Shown here piece by piece: positions 25,601 through 33,294 of a DNA stretch of 49,780 bases. The translations under genes and the position numbers were made by a program. Source of the DNA: an uncultured bacterium (GTDB lineage: Bacteria; Armatimonadota; HRBIN16); assembly GCA_937132045.1 (NCBI GenBank), contig CAKZNX010000162.1, positions 1 through 49,780 on the forward strand, given 5' to 3'. Numbering within the stretch: the stretch's first letter is position 1; the number at the start of each line of letters is the position of its first letter. The notes under the pieces were generated by a model that saw only the letters and a list, made by a program, of their open reading frames with translations, was not told the DNA's origin and ran no database searches.

Positions 25601-25882
25601 CGGCGAAAAGAGTGGAAAGGCATCCATCTCCACGTGGCGCGTTAACGGGGTCGCCTGCCCGCCTGTTGCGGAGGCAATCCATACGTCTCCTCGGTAGACG
25701 AACGCCAGCCGCTTGCCGTCTGGGCTCAGCGCCGGCATTCGGGCTCCGATAATGGGCCTCTGTGAGGGCACAGGAAGCTGTGCCCAGACAACACCATGCG
25801 CCACGAGCATCAGCACTGTGGCGCACAACGAGATCCACCATGTTCGTCTCATGCTACAACAGTTAGAACATGCCTTCAGCAA
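22697..25882 (-). CDS. Tricorn protease homolog (S41 peptidase with beta-propellers and a PDZ domain), with signal peptide
   Basis: PALSPDGKRLAFVYRGDVWI, repeated SPDGK propeller strings, and a C-terminal S41 region (IIDVRFNGGGN, NEHSYSNAEMF). The start is TTG 25882 or, giving a cleaner signal peptide, ATG 25852 (MRRTWWISLCATVLMLVAHGVVWA/Q). Confidence 0.9.
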   Translation of the reverse strand: MLKACSNCCSMRRTWWISLCATVLMLVAHGVVWAQLPVPSQRPIIGARMPALSPDGKRLAFVYRGDVWIASATGGQATPLTRHVEMDAFPLFSPDGRWIAFSSLRNGNWDIFVVPADGGEVRQLTYHANSEIATGWSPDGKYLLFSSVRDSTNNTLYALDVRTLRFRKLTEDYASINYASFSPDGKMVVYGRYGFHWTRPRYVGSAAAQIWLLEVDTDKRRPLTNDNRQHLWTKFLPDGKSLLTVTIGEETPSSSKLGAPPQKIVDNPGRTPNLWVYDLGGRGRQITFFVGGSVRFPTVALRSGDIALEYEHDLWLLPAGSRNPQKIVLYATEDEKQNSRRREVLTSGVTEAEPSPDGKTFAFGLRGDIWTVLIDKPKGVAARSAEIARRLTDWVGDDSDFVWSADGKKLYFTSDREFNTRLYELDVETLQVKPLWNRTEDVTSPRLSPDGKLLGFWVSGAEGGLYVLTLETGEIKRLAKVPGTHWYGLGGGQFAWSPDMRWLAFTYRGEDLAWNIWIMPAAGGEAINVTRLNAYHSQPAWSPDGKYLFFQSDRDGNGLYVLPLQQEPARVVDTDLKFEKPKDKVLVEIDFQDIQRRIRKLVNQNPQADLTLTSEGLILFVSEGDVWSVSYDGKETKRLTTGGGISSLRVSQDGKKVFFIRGGELWTMRLEGNNPQEKVTFTADWERDVRAERRAAFTQFWRSYHRGFYDSNFHGRDWEAIRKRYEPLLDAVETREEFATLLSMMVGELEASHAEVSPAPGGNPGPVTPHLGFNFDYSYEGPGIRVGKVPQGAPGSYPQTRIREGEYVLAINGQDVTLDENLWRLINDKQGREFEFLVNSKPSKDGARVVKYRVMSSGEWSDLNYRNRIERLRKYTDEKSNGKIGYVHISGMGFGNQVQFEREVYEQVVGKQAMIIDVRFNGGGNISDTLVDWLERKPHGFYRPRDGAIEPAPSRAWDKPIIVLMNEHSYSNAEMFPYAMRAKGLAKLVGMPTPGYVIWTWGLQLVDGTGARMPQSGVYRLDGSPMENLGEKPDVQVWMTPDEWLQERDPQLDRAIEMLMR

Positions 25883-25956
25883 ATCCTCTTGTGGGCATTC
25901 CTCAGCCCGGTTCCCAAATCTCTGCTATCGGGCGACGGTCATGGAAGTCAGCGCTC

Positions 25957-25985
25957 TTGACATTATCGCCCGAAAGCGGTATGAT
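25957..25985 (+). promoter_or_regulatory. Near-consensus sigma70 promoter of the Fur-family gene
   Basis: -35 TTGACA (25957-25962), 17-nt spacer, -10 TATGAT (25980-25985). Confidence 0.7.
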
Positions 25986-26004
25986 GACATGTGAAAATAG
26001 GAAC

Positions 26005-26015
26005 GAATACTATTC
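26005..26015. promoter_or_regulatory. Palindrome GAATA-C-TATTC just downstream of the predicted TSS (candidate autoregulatory operator)
   Basis: A perfect 5-1-5 inverted repeat in an AT-rich patch between the -10 and ATG 26042. Confidence 0.3.
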
Positions 26016-26041
26016 CTGCTTTCCGGGGTGAATAGAGCTCG

Positions 26042-26425
26042 ATGCGCAACACAAAGCAACGACAGGTCGTGCTGGATATTCTGCGTAATACCGACACCCA
26101 CCCAACGGCGGATTGGGTGTACGAGCAGGCGCGTAAAGTCCTGCCTAACATCAGCCTGGGAACGGTGTACCGAGTGCTGGGACGGCTTCAGGAAGAGGGC
26201 TTGGTGGTGCAGCTGGACGTGGGTTCCCGAAAGAGTCGTTTTGACGGCAAGCCGGGTCAGCACCAGCACATCGTCTGCGAGAGGTGTGGTCGTGTGGCAG
26301 ACGTACCCGACGTCATCGACCACATTGCCTCGGAACGTGTCCAGAATCTGACTGGTTATCGCGTGCACGCGCACCGCGTCGAGTGGATTGGTGTTTGCCC
26401 TGAGTGTCACAATGCTCAACCCTGA
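26042..26425 (+). CDS. Fur-family metalloregulator (Fur/PerR/Zur not distinguishable here)
   Basis: RNTKQRQVVLDIL, winged-helix LGTVYRVLGRLQEEGLV, HQHIVCERCG and a C-terminal CPEC. Confidence 0.9.
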   Translation: MRNTKQRQVVLDILRNTDTHPTADWVYEQARKVLPNISLGTVYRVLGRLQEEGLVVQLDVGSRKSRFDGKPGQHQHIVCERCGRVADVPDVIDHIASERVQNLTGYRVHAHRVEWIGVCPECHNAQP

Positions 26426-26457
26426 CGCCCTGCCGAAGGGACCACCGTCAGCACTCC

Positions 26458-26485
26458 GGGGGCGACAACGCCCCCTGCCGTTTCT
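26458..26485 (+). terminator. Candidate terminator after the Fur-family gene
   Basis: GGGGGCG-acaa-CGCCCCC followed by TGCCGTTTCTG. Confidence 0.5.
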
Positions 26486-26486
26486 G

Positions 26487-26495
26487 TGATATAAT
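26487..26495 (+). promoter_or_regulatory. Extended -10 promoter element upstream of hemW
   Basis: TGATATAAT (TGnTATAAT) at 26487-26495. There is no good -35 and the implied leader to ATG 26514 is very short. Confidence 0.4.
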
Positions 26496-26513
26496 CCCTT
26501 TGTAGAAAGCACC

Positions 26514-27653
26514 ATGATGACTCCCGAGCGGGTTTCCGTATACGTTCATATACCCTTCTGCGCGAAGCGCTGTGCCTACTGTGATTTCAATACCTACGCA
26601 TGGCGCGGGGCTATCGTGCGCGACACGCTGGAGGCAATCCGGCTGTCCATTGAGCGCACCGAGGAAGCCGATGTCGTCGTGCCAACCATCTTCTTCGGCG
26701 GCGGCACTCCCTCCTTCCCTGCTCCCGAGCTCATCGTGCGCATTCTGGAAACAATCCGCGAGCGTTTTCAGGTGCTGCCGGACGCGGAAATCAGCATCGA
26801 GGTGAACCCTGGATCGGCAGACAGAGCGCGCTACGCACTGTTCCGGCAGGCGGGTTTCAACCGCTTGAGCATGGGGGTGCAATCCTTCGACGACCGGTTG
26901 CTTGTGGCGCTTGGGCGTGTTCACACCGCCAATGAAGCTTTTCGGTCGTACGACGCCGCGCGTCAGGCAGGGTTCGGGAACATCAACCTGGACCTGATGT
27001 TCGCACTGCCCGACCACTCGTTGCGACAGTGGCAACATACTCTGCGCACAGCCGTCAGTCTGCAACCCGAACACATCTCCTGCTACGCACTCACCGTCGA
27101 GCCAAACACCCCCTTCTTTCGTCTGAACCAGCGTGGATTGCTGAACCTGCCAGACGAGGACACCGACCTGAAGATGTACCTGTATACCATTCGCGCGCTG
27201 ACCCGCGCAGGCTACGAGCACTATGAAATCTCGAACTTCGCGAGGAGAGGTCATCGCTGTCAGCACAACATGGTCTACTGGCGCAACGAGCAGTATCTGG
27301 GTTTCGGTCCGGGCGCGGTTTCTTACCGAAGGGGCGTGCGCTGGAAGGCTATCCGCAACCCGCGCCGATTCGTTCAGGCGGTACACAGCGGCGCACCGCT
27401 GGTGCAGGAAGAGGAACGCCTCGACGCAACAGCGTCGCTGGGTGAGACGCTCATGCTGATGCTTCGCCTGCGCGATGGGGTGGACGTGAAGGCAGTCGAG
27501 CAACGCTACGGCGTCAACCTGCCACAGCGATACGCTCACCAGCTCAACCGTCTGAGACGTTTGCGTCTGCTGGAGGTTACACGCGATCGCTGGCGCATCA
27601 CCACCAAAGGACTTCCCGTGGCGAACTCTGTTTGCGCGGAGTTTCTGGCATGA
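26514..27653 (+). CDS. hemW: Radical SAM heme chaperone HemW (coproporphyrinogen III oxidase-like)
   Basis: YVHIPFCAKRCAYCDFNTY (CxxxCxxC), FFGGGTPS and the HemN_C-like tail. Confidence 0.85.
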   Translation: MMTPERVSVYVHIPFCAKRCAYCDFNTYAWRGAIVRDTLEAIRLSIERTEEADVVVPTIFFGGGTPSFPAPELIVRILETIRERFQVLPDAEISIEVNPGSADRARYALFRQAGFNRLSMGVQSFDDRLLVALGRVHTANEAFRSYDAARQAGFGNINLDLMFALPDHSLRQWQHTLRTAVSLQPEHISCYALTVEPNTPFFRLNQRGLLNLPDEDTDLKMYLYTIRALTRAGYEHYEISNFARRGHRCQHNMVYWRNEQYLGFGPGAVSYRRGVRWKAIRNPRRFVQAVHSGAPLVQEEERLDATASLGETLMLMLRLRDGVDVKAVEQRYGVNLPQRYAHQLNRLRRLRLLEVTRDRWRITTKGLPVANSVCAEFLA

Positions 27654-28783
27654 CCGACGGGTCGCATCCAGAACTGCAGGAAGGGCTGGCACGCTTTATT
27701 GTACCGGAAACGCTTTTCTTCAACCCGCGGGCGCGACTGGCACGCGACTTCGGTGTGATTGCTCTGCGCGCCGAGGCGGATTTGCAGGAGCGCTGGCTTC
27801 GCGTCATTGACCTGATGGCGGGTGTGGGTACACGCGGCATCCGCTACGCGCTGGAAGCGCCCGTCGAGCGCATTGTGCTGAACGATGGCAATCCCGCCGC
27901 TGTGGAAACCATCCGCCGCAACATCGAGATTAACGCCATCCCCGACGATGTGCAGGTAGACGTGACCTGCGAGCAGGTTCACCGGCTGTGCTATGCCCTC
28001 CGCATCCGCGATGAGCGGTTCGACTGGGTGGACATGGACGCCTTCGGCAGTCCGTCCGTTTACTGGCACGCAGCGTCGCTGGTGCCGCGCTGGGACGGCG
28101 TGCTATATCTCACTGCAACCGACATGGCGGCTCTGTGCGGCAAACTGCGCGAACCGGCAATTCGGCACTATGGCGCCGTCACCCGACCATGGGAATGCGG
28201 CGACGAAATCGGTGCAAGAGTTCTCATTGGTGCGATGCAGCAGAGCGCCGGCGAGCGTGGGCTGTACTATCAGCCACTGTTCGTGCTGGACGAAGGCTAC
28301 GCGATGCGACTGGCGGTGCGCCTGCGTTACGGCCTGGCGGACTTCCCTTCTCAGCATATCGGCTGGCTCGTCAAGTGCATGGGATGTTTTACTCACACCA
28401 CACTTCCCCTGCACGTGACCGTAGGATGCTGTCGGGTGTGCGGCAGCGAGGACGTACAGTGGGCGGGACCGCTTTGGACGGGCAGTCTGTTCGACGCCGA
28501 GTTCCTGCACCTGATGAGCATGGAGGCGCGCAAGGCAGGACATCAGGCAGTGCTTCGTCTGTTGCGTCTGATGACCGACGAGACCGACTCGCCCGCCGGT
28601 TATTATGCCGCCCCCGACCTTGGCAAACGCACACACCTGAGCCGTCTTCCTCCCGTGGATGCCCTCGTTCAGCGTCTCCGTCAGGAGGGCTACGTGGCGT
28701 CGCGCACGCACTTCGAGACCTCCGCGTTCAAAACCAGCGCCCCGTATCCACTCATCCAGCAAATCGCTCTGCAAATGCAATAG
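27650..28783 (+). CDS. trm1: tRNA (guanine(26)-N2)-dimethyltransferase, Trm1 family
   Basis: FFNPRARLARDFGV, VIDLMAGVGTRGIRYALE, LNDGNPAAV, VDMDAFGSP, LTATDMAALCG and the Cys cluster CMGC...CRVCGS. ATG 27650 overlaps the hemW stop (ATGA). Confidence 0.8.
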   Translation: MTDGSHPELQEGLARFIVPETLFFNPRARLARDFGVIALRAEADLQERWLRVIDLMAGVGTRGIRYALEAPVERIVLNDGNPAAVETIRRNIEINAIPDDVQVDVTCEQVHRLCYALRIRDERFDWVDMDAFGSPSVYWHAASLVPRWDGVLYLTATDMAALCGKLREPAIRHYGAVTRPWECGDEIGARVLIGAMQQSAGERGLYYQPLFVLDEGYAMRLAVRLRYGLADFPSQHIGWLVKCMGCFTHTTLPLHVTVGCCRVCGSEDVQWAGPLWTGSLFDAEFLHLMSMEARKAGHQAVLRLLRLMTDETDSPAGYYAAPDLGKRTHLSRLPPVDALVQRLRQEGYVASRTHFETSAFKTSAPYPLIQQIALQMQ

Positions 28784-28820
28784 CAGGGCTGGTTGAATTG
28801 GCAGGTTTTTGCCTGCGCTA

Positions 28821-28849
28821 TTGACATTGCCATCCTCAGGCACTATGAT
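28821..28849 (+). promoter_or_regulatory. Near-consensus sigma70 promoter of the second S8 peptidase gene
   Basis: -35 TTGACA (28821-28826), 17-nt spacer, -10 TATGAT (28844-28849). Confidence 0.65.
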
Positions 28850-28883
28850 AGTCCTGATAGAATTCGCAGGAGGTGGCACGCGA

Positions 28884-31049
28884 ATGCGTCCTCGGCTGAA
28901 ATGGTATCTCTGGTTACTGGTCTTCTCAACAGCACTGAGTGTGCATTCCGCTCCGCTGAACGTGCCCGTCACTCCTGTCCCTGCGCAGGACAAAAACCTG
29001 GCACCTCCGGAGTACAGGGATGGACAGGTGCTGGTGAAGCTGCGACCACAGGTACTTCAGACGTTCCCGAATCGACTTGAACCGGCTGTCTCCTCGTCGG
29101 TGCTGGTCGCGGCGCTGCATCCCGTGCTGGCGCAGATACCGGAGCTGGCAGGGGCGCGTGTGGAGCGTACCATCGAGCGGATCGGTTGGGCAGTGGTGCG
29201 TCTCCCACAGGGGGTGTCGGTCACGCAAGCGGTGGAATTGCTGAAAAGGCATCCGAATGTGCTGTATGCCGAGCCAAACTATATTGTACGTCCTCTCATC
29301 CCTGAGCCAAACGATCCTCGTTTCCACGAGTACGACTACGAGCACTCGCTTTCAGGCATTCCGTGGCCCTACCTCTGGGACATGCTGATTATCGAGGCGT
29401 TCGAGGGCTGGCAGATCTATCCGAACCGGTATTACACGGCTGCCACCAAACCGCGTGACGCCATCCGCATTGCAGTCATCGATAGCGGCATCGACCCGTG
29501 GCACCCCGACTTCATGAACGCCGGCGGCACTAGCACCGACTCCCGTTACGGTGGGCAGATCGACTGGACGCTGGGGTGCAGTATTTTCAGCGGCGTGTAC
29601 GACGACGATTTTACCGATGAAAACGGACACGGCACGCACGTCGCGGGTATCGCTGCTGCCGCAGCTAACAACGGCGAAGGGGTGTTTGGTGTCGCGTACA
29701 ACGCCCAGATTGTGCCCATCAAGATTATCACCGCGGCGGGCGAAGGTGAGGACGCCGACCTGGTGGAGGCGATTATCTACTGTGCGGACCTTGGCATTCC
29801 AGTCATCAACATGAGCCTGGGCACCACCAGCTACCCGCAGATTCTCGCCGACGCAGTGAACTACGCCTACTACAAAGGCTGCTTGCTAATCGCTGCGGCA
29901 AACGAGTCGGGCATGGGTGGAGGCAACATCGGCAACATCTACCCCGCGGCGCACAGTAAAGTGTTGGCGGTTTCGCCAACCGGCATCGCAGATGATTTTC
30001 CCAGCGCCCTGTATGCCGGCACGGGCGATTACATTGGCGTCAGTGCCCCCGGAGGCAGCGTGGTGTTCGTGTTGGATGACGACGGGATTCTCTGGCCCGA
30101 GTTTGTCTTCATCTACTCCACGGCGCCCACTTACCCGGTCACCCTGACCGATGCCTTCGGGGAGGAGTTCTACATGTACGGCTACCAGATCGGCACATCG
30201 ATGGCGTGTCCGCATGTCTCCGGGCTTGCTGCACTGTATGCAGAGTACAGACGACTCACGGTGGACACACCAGGAGGCAATCTTGCCATCTGGAGAGCCA
30301 TCCAGCGAGGAGCGGACAACACCCAGATGCGCGGAGATGGAGGCTGGGACCCACGTTATGGGTTCGGGCGCATCAACGTGCGTAAAACCCTTCTGGGACT
30401 CAACTCCCGCAATGCCACCGTTGGCTGTTTATCCGGTCAGGTATACTACAACGGAACGCCCGTGCAGGGCGCCCAGATCGAGGCGCGCGCGATGGTAGGC
30501 TCTGCGCGAAAGGTGACCACCGCGCAGCACTTCGGACTGTGGCGCATCCCCAACCTGCCTCCGGGATACTATCGGGTGAAAGCCACCGTTTTCGGTACCA
30601 GCAAGGAGTTCGAGTGGGTGGAGGTGGTCGCAGGTGCTGATACACCGGGCGTGGACTTCTACCTCGGCACCCTCCAGCCCGACACGACCCCGCCCGAAAC
30701 GCCACAGGTGTGGGACGACGGAGCCACACAGACCAGCACCACCACCCTCCACGCGCGCTGGTGGAGCCGGGATTTGGAGACGGGTATCTTCGCCTACAGT
30801 GTCGCGGTCGGCACCGCGCCTGGCACCGCCGATGTGATGGGCTGGACGAGCGTTGGTTCCCGCACCGAAGCGACCTTCAACCTCACGCTGAGTGTGGGAC
30901 AAACCTACTTCGTCTCGGTGCGTGCAGTGAACGGCGCTGGGCTGGTGAGTCCGGTGGGCGTATCGGATGGGATACGGGTGGTCGTGCCCATTGATCCGCC
31001 GCTACAGCGCCCCGGTAGTGGTGGACGACGACCGGTCAACGTGCGATAG
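28884..31049 (+). CDS. Secreted S8 subtilase with an I9-like propeptide and C-terminal carboxypeptidase-regulatory-like and FN3-like domains
   Basis: AVIDSGIDPWHPDF, NGHGTHVAGIAAA and GTSMACPHVSGLAAL. Propeptide YRDGQVLVKL...YAEPNY. C-terminal GQVYYNGTPVQGAQIEAR...YYRVKATVFG. AGGAGG lies before ATG 28884. Confidence 0.9.
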   Translation: MRPRLKWYLWLLVFSTALSVHSAPLNVPVTPVPAQDKNLAPPEYRDGQVLVKLRPQVLQTFPNRLEPAVSSSVLVAALHPVLAQIPELAGARVERTIERIGWAVVRLPQGVSVTQAVELLKRHPNVLYAEPNYIVRPLIPEPNDPRFHEYDYEHSLSGIPWPYLWDMLIIEAFEGWQIYPNRYYTAATKPRDAIRIAVIDSGIDPWHPDFMNAGGTSTDSRYGGQIDWTLGCSIFSGVYDDDFTDENGHGTHVAGIAAAAANNGEGVFGVAYNAQIVPIKIITAAGEGEDADLVEAIIYCADLGIPVINMSLGTTSYPQILADAVNYAYYKGCLLIAAANESGMGGGNIGNIYPAAHSKVLAVSPTGIADDFPSALYAGTGDYIGVSAPGGSVVFVLDDDGILWPEFVFIYSTAPTYPVTLTDAFGEEFYMYGYQIGTSMACPHVSGLAALYAEYRRLTVDTPGGNLAIWRAIQRGADNTQMRGDGGWDPRYGFGRINVRKTLLGLNSRNATVGCLSGQVYYNGTPVQGAQIEARAMVGSARKVTTAQHFGLWRIPNLPPGYYRVKATVFGTSKEFEWVEVVAGADTPGVDFYLGTLQPDTTPPETPQVWDDGATQTSTTTLHARWWSRDLETGIFAYSVAVGTAPGTADVMGWTSVGSRTEATFNLTLSVGQTYFVSVRAVNGAGLVSPVGVSDGIRVVVPIDPPLQRPGSGGRRPVNVR

Positions 31050-31053
31050 GAGG

Positions 31054-31083
31054 TTTGACATTTCGGCGCCAAAATGCGTATAC
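31054..31083 (+). promoter_or_regulatory. Candidate sigma70 promoter
   Basis: -35 TTGACA (31054-31059), 18-nt spacer, -10 TATACT (31078-31083). Confidence 0.6.
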
Positions 31084-31117
31084 TACGATAGCAGCAACCG
31101 GAAGGAGTAACGTCCCC

Positions 31118-31870
31118 ATGAGAACAAGCTTTTTTGTGAGCCTGCTAGCGGGGGTGATGCTGCTTGCAGGCGCGCCGGGCTACGCGCAGGATGTGCAGAC
31201 CATTCTGAACAGGGTGGCAGCCGCCTACAAGAACGCGAAGAGCTATCAGGCGCAGACGACAATCACGGAAACCCGTCAAGTGGGCGGACAGCAACAGAAG
31301 CGGTCCAGCACGATCTCCACCAGATTCAAAGCCCCGAACAAGGTGGTCACAATCGTTCAAGGCAGCGATAACCTGCACGTCTACAGCGACGGGAAAACCA
31401 TGTACATCTACTCGCCGAAAGAGAAGCAGTACATGAAGATGCCCGCGCCCGCATCGATGGCGCAGCCCGGGGCGAGCCCCGTGGGAGCCGGAGACCCGTC
31501 ACAGATCGGTGCGCAACTGCAGATGATTTTCGGTGCCGACGCGAAGAAACTGTCCGACCGAAACGTGGACGGCAGACCGATGCACGTGCTGCAGTCGACG
31601 CGAACGGAACAGTCGGAGGACGGCAAGAGCGGGTTCAAGGTGACAGCGACCGCGTACGTCGACAAGGCAACCTTCATGCTGCGTCAGCTCACCCTCGACG
31701 CCACTCAGAGCCAGGGCACGCAAAAGATGACGCAGACGATCGTGGTTAGCTTCGCCTCCCAGCAGATCAACCCGAACCTGCCTGACTCGGTGTTCGTGTT
31801 CAAGCCGCCGGCAGGCGCCACGGAACGGCAGATGCCAGCCCCGCCATCCGGACCGCCGGCGCCGCGCTAA
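31118..31870 (+). CDS. Secreted LolA-like / outer-membrane lipoprotein-sorting-fold protein (function uncertain)
   Basis: Signal peptide MRTSFFVSLLAGVMLLAGAPGYA/Q. ILNRVAAAYKNAKSYQAQ..., VYSDGKTMYIYSPKEKQY. GGAAGGAG lies before ATG 31118. Confidence 0.6.
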   Translation: MRTSFFVSLLAGVMLLAGAPGYAQDVQTILNRVAAAYKNAKSYQAQTTITETRQVGGQQQKRSSTISTRFKAPNKVVTIVQGSDNLHVYSDGKTMYIYSPKEKQYMKMPAPASMAQPGASPVGAGDPSQIGAQLQMIFGADAKKLSDRNVDGRPMHVLQSTRTEQSEDGKSGFKVTATAYVDKATFMLRQLTLDATQSQGTQKMTQTIVVSFASQQINPNLPDSVFVFKPPAGATERQMPAPPSGPPAPR

Positions 31871-31896
31871 AGGCGAGTTCCTGTTACATCGGACGT

Positions 31897-31920
31897 GGGG
31901 CAATCGAGGCGGATTGCCCC
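31897..31920 (+). terminator. Hairpin after the LolA-like gene
   Basis: GGGGCAATC-gaggcg-GATTGCCCC (9-bp stem). It is followed by ACCGCTGTTGTC, a weak U-tract. Confidence 0.45.
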
Positions 31921-31935
31921 ACCGCTGTTGTCAGG

Positions 31936-33063
31936 ATGCGAGTGCTACTCTTCTCTAAGGCAGCCGTTCGCTCCGTCTACCACAGACAATATGAGCACAT
32001 CGCTGAGCACGAAGCCATCAGCGAGCTGCTTGTGGTGGTGCCGCCCTTCTGGTGCGAGCCGCGCGTGGGCAGGTTGCCACTGGAGCAAGTGCACCCTGAG
32101 CGCTACTGGCTGGAGGTCACGCCCCTGCGCTGGAACGGGCGCTACCACGTCTACTATGCGCCTTATCTGCCATCGATCCTGCGCCGTTTTCAGCCCGACG
32201 TGGTCCATATCGATGAGGAGGTGTACAACTTCGCCACTTTCCACGCGGCGCTGGCTGCACGCCGACACGGTGCCCGGTCGGTTGCTTTCTGCTGGCAAAA
32301 CATCTACCGGCGCTATCCCCCACCCTTCCGCTGGTTCGAGGTCGCTCTGGCGCGATGCCTGTCCGGGGCGGTGGCTGGCAACGCCGACGCGAAGGAGGTT
32401 CTCCGACGCAAAGGGTTCCGCCTGCCCATCGTGGTTATCCCGCAGTACGGAGTTGACACCAACCTTTTCACCCCGTCAGTGCGCCCAGCATCTCCGCCTT
32501 TCCGGGTGGGCTTTCTGGGGCGATTGGTGCCCGCGAAAGGCATCGACACCCTTCTGGAGAGTCTGCAGTACCTGCCAGAGGAGTGCGAGGCATGGATTGC
32601 TGGCGAAGGAGACCAGCGCCGATGGCAGGTGGTCGCTGAGGAGATGGGGGTGGCGATGCGTGTGCGCTGGATAGGCGCAGTGCCTTCCGGTCAGGTACCG
32701 AACCTCATGCACCAGCTGCACGTGCTGGCACTGCCTTCGCGCACCACGCCTCGCTGGAAAGAACAGTTCGGGCGCGTGCTGGTGGAGGCGATGGCTTGCG
32801 GGGTGCCTGTCATCGGTTCGGATAGTGGCGAAATCCCCCAAGTGGTGGGGACTGGTGGGCTGGTGTTTCCGGAGGGAGAAGCCAGACAGCTGGCAGCGTG
32901 TATTCGCCGCCTGCTGGACGACCCGCTACTCAGGCAGGGTCTGTCAGAGAAGGCTCGACAGCGAGCCTGCCAGCACTTCAGTATGGAACACGTCGCCGGG
33001 GAGTATGTGAGATTCTGGCAAAGCACCTGTCGGGTCGACGCGGTAAACCGTGAGGGTGTGTGA
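31936..33063 (+). CDS. GT4-family (GT-B) glycosyltransferase
   Basis: GFLGRLVPAKGIDTLLE and LPSRTTPRWKEQFGRVLVEAMACGVPVIGSDSGEIPQVVG (E-x7-E region). Confidence 0.9.
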   Translation: MRVLLFSKAAVRSVYHRQYEHIAEHEAISELLVVVPPFWCEPRVGRLPLEQVHPERYWLEVTPLRWNGRYHVYYAPYLPSILRRFQPDVVHIDEEVYNFATFHAALAARRHGARSVAFCWQNIYRRYPPPFRWFEVALARCLSGAVAGNADAKEVLRRKGFRLPIVVIPQYGVDTNLFTPSVRPASPPFRVGFLGRLVPAKGIDTLLESLQYLPEECEAWIAGEGDQRRWQVVAEEMGVAMRVRWIGAVPSGQVPNLMHQLHVLALPSRTTPRWKEQFGRVLVEAMACGVPVIGSDSGEIPQVVGTGGLVFPEGEARQLAACIRRLLDDPLLRQGLSEKARQRACQHFSMEHVAGEYVRFWQSTCRVDAVNREGV

Positions 33064-33066
33064 TAA

Positions 33067-33230
33067 TCCGTCGCCGTCGAGGAATCGAAGACCAGAACCG
33101 TTGGTAAAAGCCCTTTCACACCCGTTTCCCTGCCTCTCCTGGAAACGGAGAGAGGTTCCGAACTCCCCCGTTGCCGCGTTGCGAAGGGGGATAGGCTGAT
33201 AGGTTTGGACTTTTTCCAGCACCCTCGCAG
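33067..33230 (+). repeat. Structured intergenic repeat, copy 2
   Basis: Homologous to 5525-5690 (see that entry). Hairpins: CTCTCC-tggaaac-GGAGAG and CCCCCgTTGC...GCgAAGGGGG. It starts 4 nt after the GT4 stop. Confidence 0.75.
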
Positions 33231-33294
33231 ACCGTTGACGTGACCTGTCCAAAGCGGGTACCCTAGACGAGCAAATCAGTCGTCGGGGGTCAGG

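Noticed and set aside
25991-26020. AGGAA-N9-TTCCT and neighbouring AT-rich sequence, considered as a canonical 19-bp Fur box.
   Set aside because: It does not match GATAATGATAATCATTATC or the PerR/Zur consensus by eye. Only the shorter GAATAcTATTC palindrome is clean, and that is reported with low confidence instead.
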